A stretch of 64,000 bases of DNA from an uncultured Dehalococcoidaceae bacterium (GCA_964565075.1 CAZMCK010000010.1:299-64298); one strand, 5' to 3'. Positions 40,656 to 53,929 are shown, counted from the stretch's first letter. The notes: generated from the sequence alone by a model not told the origin. A program made the numbers and translations.

Positions 40656-40835
40656 GCTCACACCTCGACTGCACCTACCAGCGTACGCGCCTGGGTTCGG
40701 CACGTTCGAGCCCGCTCCGGCGTCGGCAGGTCCGCTCGGGTGCCGCATCTCGCATTGCCGCTCCCGGTCGCGCGTTCCATACTCGATCGGCCTGCACCGA
40801 GCGCCGCGAGGGCGTACCGGTGTCGCGCGGGTCGT

Positions 40836-40911
40836 GGGGGCGTAGCTCAGTTGGGAGAGCGCGGCGTTCGCAATGCCGAGGTCAGGGGTTCGAATCCCCT
40901 CGCCTCCACCA
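40836..40911 (+). tRNA. tRNA-Ala (anticodon CGC)
   Basis: Cloverleaf GGGGGCG/UA/GCUCAGUUGGGAGAGC/.../anticodon loop UUCGCAA/.../GGUUCGAAUCC/CGCCUCC-ACCA, with the CCA encoded. Confidence 0.85.
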
Positions 40912-40922
40912 CACAACGATCC

Positions 40923-42143
40923 GACCGAGCCACGGACTCGTCCGGCCCCGCGCCCGAGGGCGCACTCGTCACCTCGCGTGACGGCGTCGCCGCCGTCGCC
41001 GAGGCGATCGCCGAGGCGGGCTCCTTCACGCTCGACCTCGAATTCGTCCCCGAGAACCGGTACATCCCGGAACTCGGACTCGTGCAGGTCGGCTGGGACG
41101 GCGGCGGCGGGCTCGACGACCTCGACGTCGCCGCCATCGACCCGCTGGTGGTCGACCCGTCGCCCGTGCTCTCGCTCGTCGGCGACGAGGCGATCGAGAC
41201 GATCACGCACGCGGCGCAGGGCGACCTGCAGATTCTCGCGCACCGCTTCTCGGTGCGCGCCCGCGCGCTGCGCGACACGCAGATCGCGGCGGCGTTCCTC
41301 GGCTACGGCGACCAGATCGGCTACGCGCCGCTGGTCGAGAGCAGCATCGGCGTGCGCCTGGAGAAGGGCTCGCAGTACACGGAGTGGCTGCGCCGCCCGC
41401 TCACCGACGAGCAGCTCAGGTACGCGCTCGACGACGTGCGCTACCTAGGCAGGATCTGGGAGCAGCAGCGCGCGGCCCTCGACGCCGAGGGGCGGCTGCG
41501 GGCCGTGCTTGAGGAGTGCGACCGCCTCGCGGAGACCGCGTCGACACGGCCACCGCCCGAGGAGGCGTACCGGCGGGTCAAGGGCTGGTCCGGGCTGCGG
41601 TCGCGGCCCCTCGGCGCACTGCGACAGCTCGCAGCGTGGCGTGAGCACGAGGCGCTGCGCGCCAACCGGCCGCCCTCGCGCGTGCTCAACGACCGCTCGA
41701 TGCTGGAACTCGCACGCGCCGCCCCGACCTCCGAGGACGGCCTGCGCTCGGTCCGCGGCGTCGACGCCGGCGTGGTGCGTCGGCACGGCGAGACACTGAT
41801 CCGCGCCATCCACGACGGCCGCAACGACCCGCCGGAGCGCGACCAGGCGCGCAAGCCGCTCCCTCCTCAGGGCGAGGTGTGGGCCGCCACCCTCCACGGG
41901 CTGGTTCGTGCGCGCGCGCTCGGCGCGAACGTCGCGCCCCGCTTCGTCGGGCCGCGCAGCGACATCGAGGCCGTCGTGCGGTGGTGGCTGGAGGGCGACC
42001 GCGACGCGCCGCCGGACCTCCCGCTCCTCGACGGCTGGCGCGGCGAGCTTGTGGGGGCGGCGATCCTCACCTGGCTGCGCGGCGAGGCCGCGCTCGTCGT
42101 CGACGCCGACTCGCCCGGTGGGATCGAGCTCCAGCCGCGCTGA
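40923..42143 (+). CDS. rnd: ribonuclease D (DEDDy 3'-5' exonuclease + HRDC domain); start codon unresolved
   Basis: Exo motif I FTLDLEF, motif II HAAQGDLQIL, motif III YALDDVRYL and a C-terminal HRDC (LRQLAAWREHEALRANRPPSRVLND). The reading frame is open from inside the tRNA-Ala. No ATG/GTG/TTG occurs in frame between the tRNA 3' end and motif I. Confidence 0.75.
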   Translation, partial: DRATDSSGPAPEGALVTSRDGVAAVAEAIAEAGSFTLDLEFVPENRYIPELGLVQVGWDGGGGLDDLDVAAIDPLVVDPSPVLSLVGDEAIETITHAAQGDLQILAHRFSVRARALRDTQIAAAFLGYGDQIGYAPLVESSIGVRLEKGSQYTEWLRRPLTDEQLRYALDDVRYLGRIWEQQRAALDAEGRLRAVLEECDRLAETASTRPPPEEAYRRVKGWSGLRSRPLGALRQLAAWREHEALRANRPPSRVLNDRSMLELARAAPTSEDGLRSVRGVDAGVVRRHGETLIRAIHDGRNDPPERDQARKPLPPQGEVWAATLHGLVRARALGANVAPRFVGPRSDIEAVVRWWLEGDRDAPPDLPLLDGWRGELVGAAILTWLRGEAALVVDADSPGGIELQPR

Positions 42144-42229
42144 CCGCTGCCGTCTCGATCACGCCTCGATGCCTCCTGCGGTGCCGCGCCGCCGTACACT
42201 GGATCGGGACACACCGGAGGGACCGAGGC

Positions 42230-42625
42230 ATGACGACGACGCAGTACAACGAGCTCAACCCGATGGAGCGCTACGTCCTCGAACACAAGGGCACGGAGCC
42301 ACCGTTCAGCGGCGAGTACGACAACTTCTACGAGGCGGGGACGTACGTCTGTCGCAAGTGCAACGCCGAGCTCTACCGCTCCGAGGACAAGTTCGACGCG
42401 CACTGCGGCTGGCCGGCCTTCGACGACGAGGTCCCCGGCGCGGTGCGGCGCCTCCCGGACCCCGACGGCATGCGCACCGAGATCGAGTGCGTGGAGTGCG
42501 GGGGCCACCTCGGTCACGTCTTCGTCGGTGAGCGGCTCACGGCGAAGAACACGCGCCACTGCGTGAACTCGCTGTCGATGCGCTTCGTACCCGCCTCGCA
42601 GGCCGGGGACGGCGCGGCCGGGTAG
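42230..42625 (+). CDS. msrB: peptide-methionine (R)-S-oxide reductase MsrB
   Basis: Two CxxC zinc pairs (CRKC...CVEC) and the catalytic RHCVNS motif. About 131 aa. GGAGGG RBS. Confidence 0.9.
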   Translation: MTTTQYNELNPMERYVLEHKGTEPPFSGEYDNFYEAGTYVCRKCNAELYRSEDKFDAHCGWPAFDDEVPGAVRRLPDPDGMRTEIECVECGGHLGHVFVGERLTAKNTRHCVNSLSMRFVPASQAGDGAAG

Positions 42626-42704
42626 GCCTCGACGGCCACGCCGGTGGGGCGCCGGCCACCCGCTCGAGGGCGGCGCCCCGGCCCGGCGCGATCGCAGCCG
42701 ACGG

Positions 42705-42779
42705 GCCCCCGTAGCTCAGGGGACAGAGCAAGGGATTCCTAATCCCTGTGCGGAGGTTCGAATCCTCCCGGGGGCACCA
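42705..42779 (+). tRNA. tRNA-Arg (anticodon CCT)
   Basis: Cloverleaf with acceptor GCCCCCG/CGGGGGC, anticodon loop UUCCUAA, a GGAGGUUCGAAUCCUCC T-arm and encoded CCA. Confidence 0.85.
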
Positions 42780-42882
42780 GGCTGCGGCGGGCCCGAGCGA
42801 CCGCCGGGGCAGTGGATCGCCCGGCGTAGCTCCGGCAGACTGTGGACGCGAAACAAGCACGGACGTACTCGGGAGACACGGC

Positions 42883-43095
42883 ATGGCGGTCGTCGCGGAG
42901 CTCCAGGAACAGATCATGGACGCGCTGGGAGACGGCGAGCAGAAGACGAAGCCTCAGCTCGCCAAGGAGATCGAGGGTCTCAGCGGCGCGCACCTCGCCT
43001 CGGCGCTGCGCGTGCTCAAGCGCGAGGGCCGCATCATCGTCGGCAGCGACGGCAGCAAGCGGGTGTACCGCCTGCCCGGCGCGCCGCGCGGCTAG
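42883..43095 (+). CDS. small winged-helix-like DNA-binding protein (70 aa), hypothetical
   Basis: MAVVAELQEQIMDALGDGEQKTKPQLAKEIEGLSGAHLASALRVLKREGRIIVGSDGSKRVYRL has a helix-turn-helix plus beta-wing pattern. It is located just 3' of tRNA-Arg. Confidence 0.4.
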   Translation: MAVVAELQEQIMDALGDGEQKTKPQLAKEIEGLSGAHLASALRVLKREGRIIVGSDGSKRVYRLPGAPRG

Positions 43096-43179
43096 CGTTG
43101 CGCTCCGATACGACCTCGCCGGCGGCGGACTCGCAGCCGATGCGACCCGACCGGGTTTGATGCGACTTGAGGCGGCGCC

Positions 43180-44547
43180 ATGACGACGCCGATCGACGAA
43201 ACGGCGCTTAACGCCGCGCGAGCAGCGCGGCGCGAGCGAATCTACCGCCTCGTCCGGCCCTTCCAGGAGTTCGGACAGACCGAGGCGTCCAGCGGCATTG
43301 TCATCATCATCTCGGTGGTGGTCGCCATGATCGCGGCGAACACCTTCCTCGCCGAGTACTACTACGACTTCAGCCACTACCACATCGCGATTGACCTCGG
43401 CTTCTTCCACCTCGACACCGGGCTCCAGCACTGGGTCAACGACGGCCTGATGGTGATCTTCTTCTTCGTCGTCGGCCTCGAGATCAAGCGCGAAGTCGTG
43501 GCCGGCGAGCTGGCTGGCGGGCGCAAGGTGTGGGCGCCGGTGGCCGCCGCCGCCGGCGGGATGATCGTCCCTGTCCTCGTCTTCTTCGCCATCGTCGACG
43601 ACCCGACCGCGCGCCAGGGCTGGGCGATCCCGATGGCGACCGACATCGCCATCGCCGTGGGCGTGATCACCGTGGTGGGAACGAGGGTGCCCACCGGCCT
43701 GAAAGTGCTGCTCCTCGCGCTCGCGATCGTGGATGACATCGGGGCGATCGCCGTGATCGCGGTGTTCTACACGGAGGACATCAATCTCACGGCGCTCGGG
43801 CTCACCGTCGGCCTGCTCGCCTTCGCTTACCTGATGAACATCAATGGCATCCACCTCATGCCGCTCTACGTCGTCATCGCCCTCATCGCGTGGATGACGA
43901 CGCACGAGTCGGGCATCCACCCCACCATCCTCGGTGTCGCGCTCGGCATCATGACCCCGATGCAGGCGTGGTACCGCAGCGCCGCGCTGCCCGACCTGAT
44001 CGAGGCGCTGGTGCGCCGCATCCGCGACGACGAGCGCGATCCCGACGCCGAACACCGGCATCACCGGCGCGTCGGCGACTTGCTCACGCTCAGCGAGATC
44101 AGCGAGCAGGCGATCTCGCCCCTCGACCGCATCGAGCACCGTCTGCTGCCGTGGTCGGCGTTCCTGGTCGTGCCGTTGTTCGCCTTCATCAACGCGGGTG
44201 TGGACCTGCGCGGCGGCGTGCTCGAGGAGGCCGCGACGTCCTCGCTCGCATGGGGAGTCGGCCTCGGCCTGCTCATCGGCAAGCCGATCGGCGTCACGAT
44301 CGCGACCTACATCGCGGTGCGCCTCGGCGCAGAGCTGCCCGCCGGCGTGACCTGGCTCGGCGTGTTCGCCATCGGGCTCATCGCCGGCATCGGCTTCACG
44401 GTCGCGCTGTTCGTGACGGAGCTATCATTCGAGGCCGAGCTCCTGCTCACGCAGGCGAAGGTCGGCATCTTCGTCGCCTCAGTCCTCGCAGGGGTCATCG
44501 GGCTCGTCATGTTGTACGCAGCCAGCGGGAGGCTCAGCGAACGATGA
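43180..44547 (+). CDS. nhaA: Na+/H+ antiporter NhaA
   Basis: Polytopic transporter with characteristic NhaA blocks (GIVIIISVVVAMIAAN, LQHWVNDGLMVIFFFVVGLEIKRE, DDIGAIAVIA). Confidence 0.9.
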   Translation: MTTPIDETALNAARAARRERIYRLVRPFQEFGQTEASSGIVIIISVVVAMIAANTFLAEYYYDFSHYHIAIDLGFFHLDTGLQHWVNDGLMVIFFFVVGLEIKREVVAGELAGGRKVWAPVAAAAGGMIVPVLVFFAIVDDPTARQGWAIPMATDIAIAVGVITVVGTRVPTGLKVLLLALAIVDDIGAIAVIAVFYTEDINLTALGLTVGLLAFAYLMNINGIHLMPLYVVIALIAWMTTHESGIHPTILGVALGIMTPMQAWYRSAALPDLIEALVRRIRDDERDPDAEHRHHRRVGDLLTLSEISEQAISPLDRIEHRLLPWSAFLVVPLFAFINAGVDLRGGVLEEAATSSLAWGVGLGLLIGKPIGVTIATYIAVRLGAELPAGVTWLGVFAIGLIAGIGFTVALFVTELSFEAELLLTQAKVGIFVASVLAGVIGLVMLYAASGRLSER

Positions 44548-45866
44548 TCGCCGACGCCCTCCCGGCCGAGACCTTCGCGCGACGCCGCTCGTGGCTGATG
44601 CGGCGGCTGCGCGCCGGTAGCGCCGCGATCTTCGCGGCCGGCCACGACGCGCTGCGCAACGGCGACGTCGAGCACCCCTACCGCCAGCCCTCGACCTTCT
44701 ACTACCTCACGGGCTTCGACGAGCCCGACGCCGTCGCCGTGCTGCGGCCGGGACACGATGAGCCGTTCGTGCTCTTCGTGCGCCCCTTCGACCCGGCCAT
44801 GGCGATCTGGGTCGGCGCGCGCCTGGGCGTGGAGGGCGCGGTCGAGGAGCTCGGCGCCGACGCGGCCTACCCAATCGAAGAGCTCGAACAGCGGCTCCCG
44901 CAGCTCCTCGGAGATGCGAGCACCGTCTACTACTCCCTCGGCGGCGACGACCGCGCCGAGCGGCTGCTGCTGCGCACCGTCGCGCAGCGCCGCGCCGCGG
45001 CGCAGGGCGGCGTGCCGCCCATCGAGGCGATCATGGACCCGGCGCCGCTCGTGGCCGCGCAGCGCGTCATCAAGTCGCGCGAGGAGGTCGCCGCGCTGCA
45101 GAGCGCGATCGACATCACCGGCGCCGGCCTCGTGGCGGCGATGCGTGCGACGCGCCCCGGCATGCACGAGTACGAGGTGCAGGCGATCCTCGAGTCCGAG
45201 TACCGCCGCCTCGGCTCCCCGCGCGACGGCTTCCCCTCGATCGTCGCGGCGGGCGAGAACGCCTGCACGCTCCACTACACCGCGAACCGCGCCGAGATGG
45301 CGCGCGACGAGTTGCTGCTGGTCGACACCGGCGCCGAGGTCGACTTCTACGGCGCCGACGTGACGCGCACCTACCCCGTCGATGGCCGCTTCCGCGCCGC
45401 CGCGCGCGACGTGTACGAGCTGGTCCTCGAGGCGCAGGCGCAGGCGATCGCCCTCGTCCGGCCCGGCACCCGCTTCCACGACGTGCACGACAAGGCCGCC
45501 GAGGTGCTCACGCAAGGCCTGGTCGACCTCGGCGTGCTGTCCGGCGACCTCAGCAACCTCATCGAGGAGCGGGCGTTCGGCCCGTTCTTCATGCACGGCA
45601 CCTCGCACTGGCTCGGCATGGACGTCCACGACGTCGGTCGCTACCGCGAGGGCGAGGAGTCGGTCGAACTACGGCCGGGGATGGTGCTGACGGTGGAGCC
45701 GGGGCTGTATTTCGCGCGCGGCATCCGCGGGGTGCCTCGCCGCCTGCGCGGCATCGGCGTGCGCATCGAGGACGACGTGCTGGTCACGCGCGGCGGCTGC
45801 CGCGTGCTGTCCGGGGACATCCCGAAGCAGCCGGACGACCTCGAGGCCATCGTCGGGAGCGGGTAG
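44544..45866 (+). CDS. pepP: Xaa-Pro aminopeptidase (M24B family)
   Basis: Pita-bread fold metal ligands (DTGAEVDFYGADVTRTY, HGTSHWLGMDVHD, VLTVEPGLY, EDDVLV). ATG overlaps the nhaA stop (ATGA). Confidence 0.85.
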   Translation: MIADALPAETFARRRSWLMRRLRAGSAAIFAAGHDALRNGDVEHPYRQPSTFYYLTGFDEPDAVAVLRPGHDEPFVLFVRPFDPAMAIWVGARLGVEGAVEELGADAAYPIEELEQRLPQLLGDASTVYYSLGGDDRAERLLLRTVAQRRAAAQGGVPPIEAIMDPAPLVAAQRVIKSREEVAALQSAIDITGAGLVAAMRATRPGMHEYEVQAILESEYRRLGSPRDGFPSIVAAGENACTLHYTANRAEMARDELLLVDTGAEVDFYGADVTRTYPVDGRFRAAARDVYELVLEAQAQAIALVRPGTRFHDVHDKAAEVLTQGLVDLGVLSGDLSNLIEERAFGPFFMHGTSHWLGMDVHDVGRYREGEESVELRPGMVLTVEPGLYFARGIRGVPRRLRGIGVRIEDDVLVTRGGCRVLSGDIPKQPDDLEAIVGSG

Positions 45867-45956
45867 TCGCCTGCGGCCGCCCGACCCATCCGGCCCGCCG
45901 CGTTGCTCGACCGGTGCGCACCCTCCCATCATGGATCCCGGCGAGGGTGGCTACTC

Positions 45957-46202
45957 ATGACTGAGACGCATCGTGTGGTACTCGGGGACCGGGGCGAGTT
46001 CGTCGTACCCGCCGACGTGCGAGCACGCTCGGGACTCGTCGAGGGCACGCCGCTGATGCTGCTCGAGACCCCGGACGGCCTCGTCCTGCTGACGCGCGAG
46101 CAGCTGCTGGACCGCGTCCGGACCGACCTGGCGGGCGCCGACCTCGTGGCGGAGCTGCTGGCCGATCGAAGGCGTGAAGCTCAGATCGAGGACGTCGGAT
46201 AA
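45957..46202 (+). CDS. AbrB/MazE/SpoVT-family swapped-hairpin DNA-binding protein (antitoxin-like, orphan)
   Basis: MTETHRVVLGDRGEFVVPADVRARSGLVEGTPLML fits the looped-hinge-helix fold. It is 81 aa and has no PIN/MazF-type toxin next to it. Confidence 0.45.
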   Translation: MTETHRVVLGDRGEFVVPADVRARSGLVEGTPLMLLETPDGLVLLTREQLLDRVRTDLAGADLVAELLADRRREAQIEDVG

Positions 46203-46431
46203 GCGAGCGGTTCGGCCCAATGCTCGGGAGTGGGTAGCGAGCCTCGCATAACGGCTTATTCGCCTTATCGATTTCTTGACAAACGCCGCCGCTTCCCCGA
46301 TGATGCTCCCCCCTGCGAGTTTACCGCGCACATGCTCACGCGCGTGCTCAATTTGAACCGCAGGAATGCTGCCGCGGGGGTTGGGCAGATACCGCCTTGT
46401 CCGGCCCTCGCCGTACGACACGGGGGCCACC

Positions 46432-50172
<3,741 letters not shown>

Positions 50173-50224
50173 GACCGGGCTAGTCGCCGCAAGCCGAGCC
50201 CCCGGTATCGTCGGAGCTTCTTGG

Positions 50225-50449
50225 ATGGATGAGTCAACGGCACGTCAGTCCATCGAGGCGGCCCTAGCCGACGCCGAACGGGCCATCCGTGAGATCGCAG
50301 ATGCGTACATAGACTCTAGTCAAGCCCCGATGCAGTGGGATGTGCGCCGCGTGCTACGGCAGGAAGCAGTGGAAGCTCTGGTGGATATTGAGCGCCGAGC
50401 AGACAGTGCTCGCCGCGGGTTACCGACACTGCCGCCGCCCCCGCCCTAG
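50225..50449 (+). CDS. hypothetical small acidic helical protein (74 aa)
   Basis: ORF in a GC-depressed 0.75-kb segment. Its stop is 2 nt before the next ORF start. No motif recognised. Confidence 0.3.
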   Translation: MDESTARQSIEAALADAERAIREIADAYIDSSQAPMQWDVRRVLRQEAVEALVDIERRADSARRGLPTLPPPPP

Positions 50450-50451
50450 CC

Positions 50452-50898
50452 ATGCCGGCCACGCCGGAATTAGCGTTGAGTCTCGCGCTGTGCGAAGCAC
50501 AGTGGCCGGTGTTGACTGTGCGGGTCCTCGTCGGCCTGAGCCTCCTCCTGCAGGGCGTCGGCGGCTGGTTTGCATTCGTCGCGTACCTCGACGAGAACAT
50601 GGTGAGGACGGGCTCGCAACAGGCCAGTCGCTCACTGCACGGAATAGCTCTGTCCGGGTTCGTCGTTAAGTGGCGAGATGGCGGGGACAACCAGGAACGT
50701 TGGCCGTTACGACTCACGCACAGGTACTTCGGCGCAGCGTCTCGTCCAAGCACCAGCGGCGAAAATAATGCGCCTTGGCGTAACGGTGGCTGCCGCACCG
50801 CGGCGAAGGGCACTCGACTTATCTCGTACGTCCTCGCCGGGACGGCCTTCTACATCAGCTTCGTTCTTGAGGTCCCTATCGTGCGGCTGATCCAGTAG
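50452..50898 (+). CDS. hypothetical membrane protein (two predicted TM helices)
   Basis: TM1 VLTVRVLVGLSLLLQGVGGWFAFVAYL and TM2 LISYVLAGTAFYISFVLEVPIV. Coupled to the upstream 74-aa ORF. GC-depressed. Confidence 0.35.
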   Translation: MPATPELALSLALCEAQWPVLTVRVLVGLSLLLQGVGGWFAFVAYLDENMVRTGSQQASRSLHGIALSGFVVKWRDGGDNQERWPLRLTHRYFGAASRPSTSGENNAPWRNGGCRTAAKGTRLISYVLAGTAFYISFVLEVPIVRLIQ

Positions 50899-50944
50899 CA
50901 GGTGCCCCCTGTCGCGAGCTCGGACACCTGTCACATAGGGTCCT

Positions 50945-51499
50945 CTAAGCAATTGCGCGCCGCCGTGCCCAGCCCAACGCCACGCTCGCGCCCACCGCCA
51001 TCACCCCAGCGAGGACGTTGAAGACGATGTCGACCGGGTCGTAGACGCGGTTGGGGAGGAACCACTGGATGCCCTCGTCGATGGTCCCGACGAGGGCCGT
51101 GGCGAGGATGGCGAGGAGGGGCGGGACGGGCACGAGGCGGCCGTGGCTCGCTCGCTCCGTGAGCGCCTCGTAGACGAAGACCGCCAGCACGCTGTACTCG
51201 ATGAGGTGGCTGCGCTCGACCGGGCTCGCGATGCGCATCAGCACCAGCAGGTAGACGACCGCGACGCCCAGCGCCACGGCGGCCTCGACGCCGCCCGGGC
51301 GGGCGCGCAATCCCTGCGCCAGCACGGTCGCGCCCACCAGCGCCATCGCGCCGAGGAAGATCGCCCCTTCGAGCGCTCCGCTCTCGCGCAGCACCCCGGC
51401 CACGCTGCTCCCGAAGAAGAGCGTCGAGTAGATGGCGACCACGACGGCGAGCGTCCACAGCCACAGGCGACGCTCGCGTGGGGACGAGAACAGGGGCAT
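50945..51499 (-). CDS. VanZ-like family membrane protein
   Basis: TIDEGIQWFLPNRVYDPVDIVFNVLAGV matches the VanZ-like DExxQ...R...D...N signature. Four TM helices. The track merges it into a 934-aa antisense artefact over metE. Confidence 0.65.
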   Translation of the reverse strand: MPLFSSPRERRLWLWTLAVVVAIYSTLFFGSSVAGVLRESGALEGAIFLGAMALVGATVLAQGLRARPGGVEAAVALGVAVVYLLVLMRIASPVERSHLIEYSVLAVFVYEALTERASHGRLVPVPPLLAILATALVGTIDEGIQWFLPNRVYDPVDIVFNVLAGVMAVGASVALGWARRRAIA

Positions 51500-51628
51500 G
51501 GCGGTGATTATCGAGGCGGATCCGGGCGCCCGGAAGGCGCTCCCGCGTAGCCTTCCCGCACCGCCCGCGCTACGATCGCAGAACCGAACACAGCAAGCCC
51601 CGACCCCCGCCCATCGAGGAGCCCTCCC

Positions 51629-53929
51629 ATGGCCCTGTCCACCATCCCCGGCTATCCGCGCATCGGCGCGCGGCGCGAGCTCAAGCGCGCCATCGAGGGC
51701 TACTGGGACGGGGACGTGGGGCGCGAGGAGCTGGAGGAGACGGCGCGCTCGCTGCGCCTGGAGGCGTGGACACGCATGCGCGACGCGGGGATCGACCTCA
51801 TCCCCTCGAACACCTTCTCCTACTACGACCACGTGCTCGACACGATCGCGATGGTCGACGCCGTCCCGCCGCGCTACCGCGACGGCGGTGACGGGGACCT
51901 CGACACCTACTTCGCCATGGCGCGCGGCGCGCAGGACGAGGGCATCGACGTGACCGCGCTCGAGATGGTGAAGTGGTTCGACACGAACTACCACTACCTC
52001 GTCCCCGAGCTCTCGCCCGCGACTCGCTTCCGGCTCGCCAACCGCAAGCCGCTCGACGAGTACCTCGAGGCGCGCGCGGCGGGGATCGAGACGAAGCCCG
52101 TGCTGCTCGGCCCGGTCTCGTTCCTGCTGCTCGCGCGCGGCTTCGACGAGGATGGCAACCACGACGACGACTTCGACCTGCTCTCGCTGCTGCCGGGCCT
52201 GCTCGACGTCTACGCCGAGGTGCTCTCGCTGCTCAACGAGGCGGGCGCGCAGTGGGTGCAGCTCGACGAGCCGGTGCTCGTGCAGGACCGCACGCCCGAG
52301 GAGCTCGCAGCGCTGACGCGCGCCTACGAGCGACTCGCCGCGGCTGCCGGGTCGACGAAGCTGCTCGTGAACACCTACTTCGGCGACGTCGACGAGGCGT
52401 ACCGCACGCTCGCGGAGCTCCCGGTCGCCGCGATCGGGCTCGACCTCGTGCGCGGGCGGCGCAACCTCGGGCTGCTGCAGCGCTTCGGCCTGCCCGGCGG
52501 CAAGCACGTCGTCGCGGGCGTCGTTGACGGCCGCAACGTGTGGCTCAACGACCTCGGCGCCTCGCTCGCGACGCTGGGCGAGATCGGCGCGGCCGTGGGC
52601 GAGGATCGCGTCATCGTCGGCGCGTCGTGCTCGCTGCTGCACGTGCCGATCGAGCTCGAACTGGAGACCGACCTCGACCCCGAGCTGCGCTCGTGGCTCG
52701 CCTTCGCGAACCAGAAGATCGAGGAGGTCGCCGTCCTCGGCCGCGCGATCGAGGACCCCAACGCGGCCGCAGACGAGCTGGCCGCGAACCGCTCGGCCCT
52801 GGAGTCGCGCCGCAACTCGCCTCGCACGTACAACCCGGCGGTGCGCGAGCGCGTCGCGTCGACCACGTCGGGCGACTACGACCGTGACGGGAGCGTCGAG
52901 GAGCGCCGCGCGGCCCAGCGCACACGCCTCGGTCTGCCGCCGTTCCCGACCACCACCATCGGCTCGTTCCCGCAGACGCCGGAGATCCGCCGCGAGCGGC
53001 GCCGCCACGCCAACGGCCGCATCACCGCCGAGGAGTACGAGGGCTTCCTGGAGGACGAGATCGAGCAGGTGATCCGGCTCCAGGAGCGCATCGGCCTCGA
53101 CGTGCTCGTGCACGGCGAGTCGGAGCGCAACGACATGGTCGAGTACTTCGGTGAGCAACTCGACGGCTTCGCCTTCACCCGCTTCGGGTGGGTGCAGTCG
53201 TTCGGCTCGCGCAACGTGAAGCCGCCGATCGTGTTCGGCGACGTGGCCCGTCCGGGCGCGATGACCGTGCGCTGGGCGACGTACGCCCAGTCGCTGACCG
53301 ACCGCCCGGTGAAGGGGATGCTCACCGGCCCGGTGACGATCCTCAACTGGTCCTTCATCCGCGACGACCAGCCGCGGTCGGAGACGTGCCGCCAGATCGC
53401 CCTCGCCATCCGCGACGAGGTGGTGGACCTCGAGGCGGCCGGCATCCCGATCATCCAGGTCGACGAGCCGGCGCTGCGCGAGGGCGTTCCGCTGCGCACG
53501 GCGGACTGGCCGGCGTACCTCGGCTGGGCGGTGCCGTGCTTCCGGCTGGCGACGGCGGGGGTGCGCGACGACACGCAGATCCAGTCGCACATGTGCTACG
53601 TGCACCTCAGCGACGTGCTGGACGCGGTCTCCGACATGGAGGCCGACGTGATGCTGCTGTTCAACGCACGCTCCGACGCCGAGAGCCTCGACGGCTTCCG
53701 CGACCGCGGCTACGACAAGGACCTGGGCCTCGGCGTCTACGACATCCACTCACCGCGCGTCCCGCCGACCGAGGAGATGGTCGGTCGCCTCGAGGAGGCT
53801 GCGGCAGTGATCGAGGCTGCCCACATGTGGGTGAACCCGGACTGCGGCCTCAAGACGCGTCGCTACGAGGAGACGGTGCCGTCGCTGGAGCACATGGTGG
53901 AGGCGGCGCGGCTGATGCGCGGCGAGTAG
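51629..53929 (+). CDS. metE: cobalamin-independent methionine synthase (5-methyltetrahydropteroyltriglutamate--homocysteine S-methyltransferase)
   Basis: MALSTIPGYPRIGARRELKRAIEGYW N-terminus, duplicated (beta-alpha)8 barrels, and C-terminal zinc ligands (H...C...E...C in IQVDEPA/CGLKTR blocks). 766 aa. Confidence 0.95.
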   Translation: MALSTIPGYPRIGARRELKRAIEGYWDGDVGREELEETARSLRLEAWTRMRDAGIDLIPSNTFSYYDHVLDTIAMVDAVPPRYRDGGDGDLDTYFAMARGAQDEGIDVTALEMVKWFDTNYHYLVPELSPATRFRLANRKPLDEYLEARAAGIETKPVLLGPVSFLLLARGFDEDGNHDDDFDLLSLLPGLLDVYAEVLSLLNEAGAQWVQLDEPVLVQDRTPEELAALTRAYERLAAAAGSTKLLVNTYFGDVDEAYRTLAELPVAAIGLDLVRGRRNLGLLQRFGLPGGKHVVAGVVDGRNVWLNDLGASLATLGEIGAAVGEDRVIVGASCSLLHVPIELELETDLDPELRSWLAFANQKIEEVAVLGRAIEDPNAAADELAANRSALESRRNSPRTYNPAVRERVASTTSGDYDRDGSVEERRAAQRTRLGLPPFPTTTIGSFPQTPEIRRERRRHANGRITAEEYEGFLEDEIEQVIRLQERIGLDVLVHGESERNDMVEYFGEQLDGFAFTRFGWVQSFGSRNVKPPIVFGDVARPGAMTVRWATYAQSLTDRPVKGMLTGPVTILNWSFIRDDQPRSETCRQIALAIRDEVVDLEAAGIPIIQVDEPALREGVPLRTADWPAYLGWAVPCFRLATAGVRDDTQIQSHMCYVHLSDVLDAVSDMEADVMLLFNARSDAESLDGFRDRGYDKDLGLGVYDIHSPRVPPTEEMVGRLEEAAAVIEAAHMWVNPDCGLKTRRYEETVPSLEHMVEAARLMRGE

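Noticed and set aside
40407-41243. Track ORFs (minus 278 aa; plus-strand 507-aa N-terminus) reading through the tRNA-Ala gene
   Set aside because: They span a well-formed tRNA. Only the Phd-like C-terminal 82 codons (minus strand) and the RNase D portion after the tRNA (plus strand) are credible.
46203-46431. Possible B12 riboswitch or NrdR box upstream of nrdJ, and likewise B12/SAM riboswitch upstream of metE (51500-51628)
   Set aside because: No B12-box or NrdR-box consensus visible by eye. The metE upstream region is only ~129 nt. I noted only a TTGACA-N17-GATGAT promoter-like element before nrdJ.
51500-53749. N-terminal 750 codons of the 934-aa minus-strand ORF over metE
   Set aside because: Only the last 184 codons (VanZ-like, 50945-51499) carry a real family signature. 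The rest is antisense to metE.
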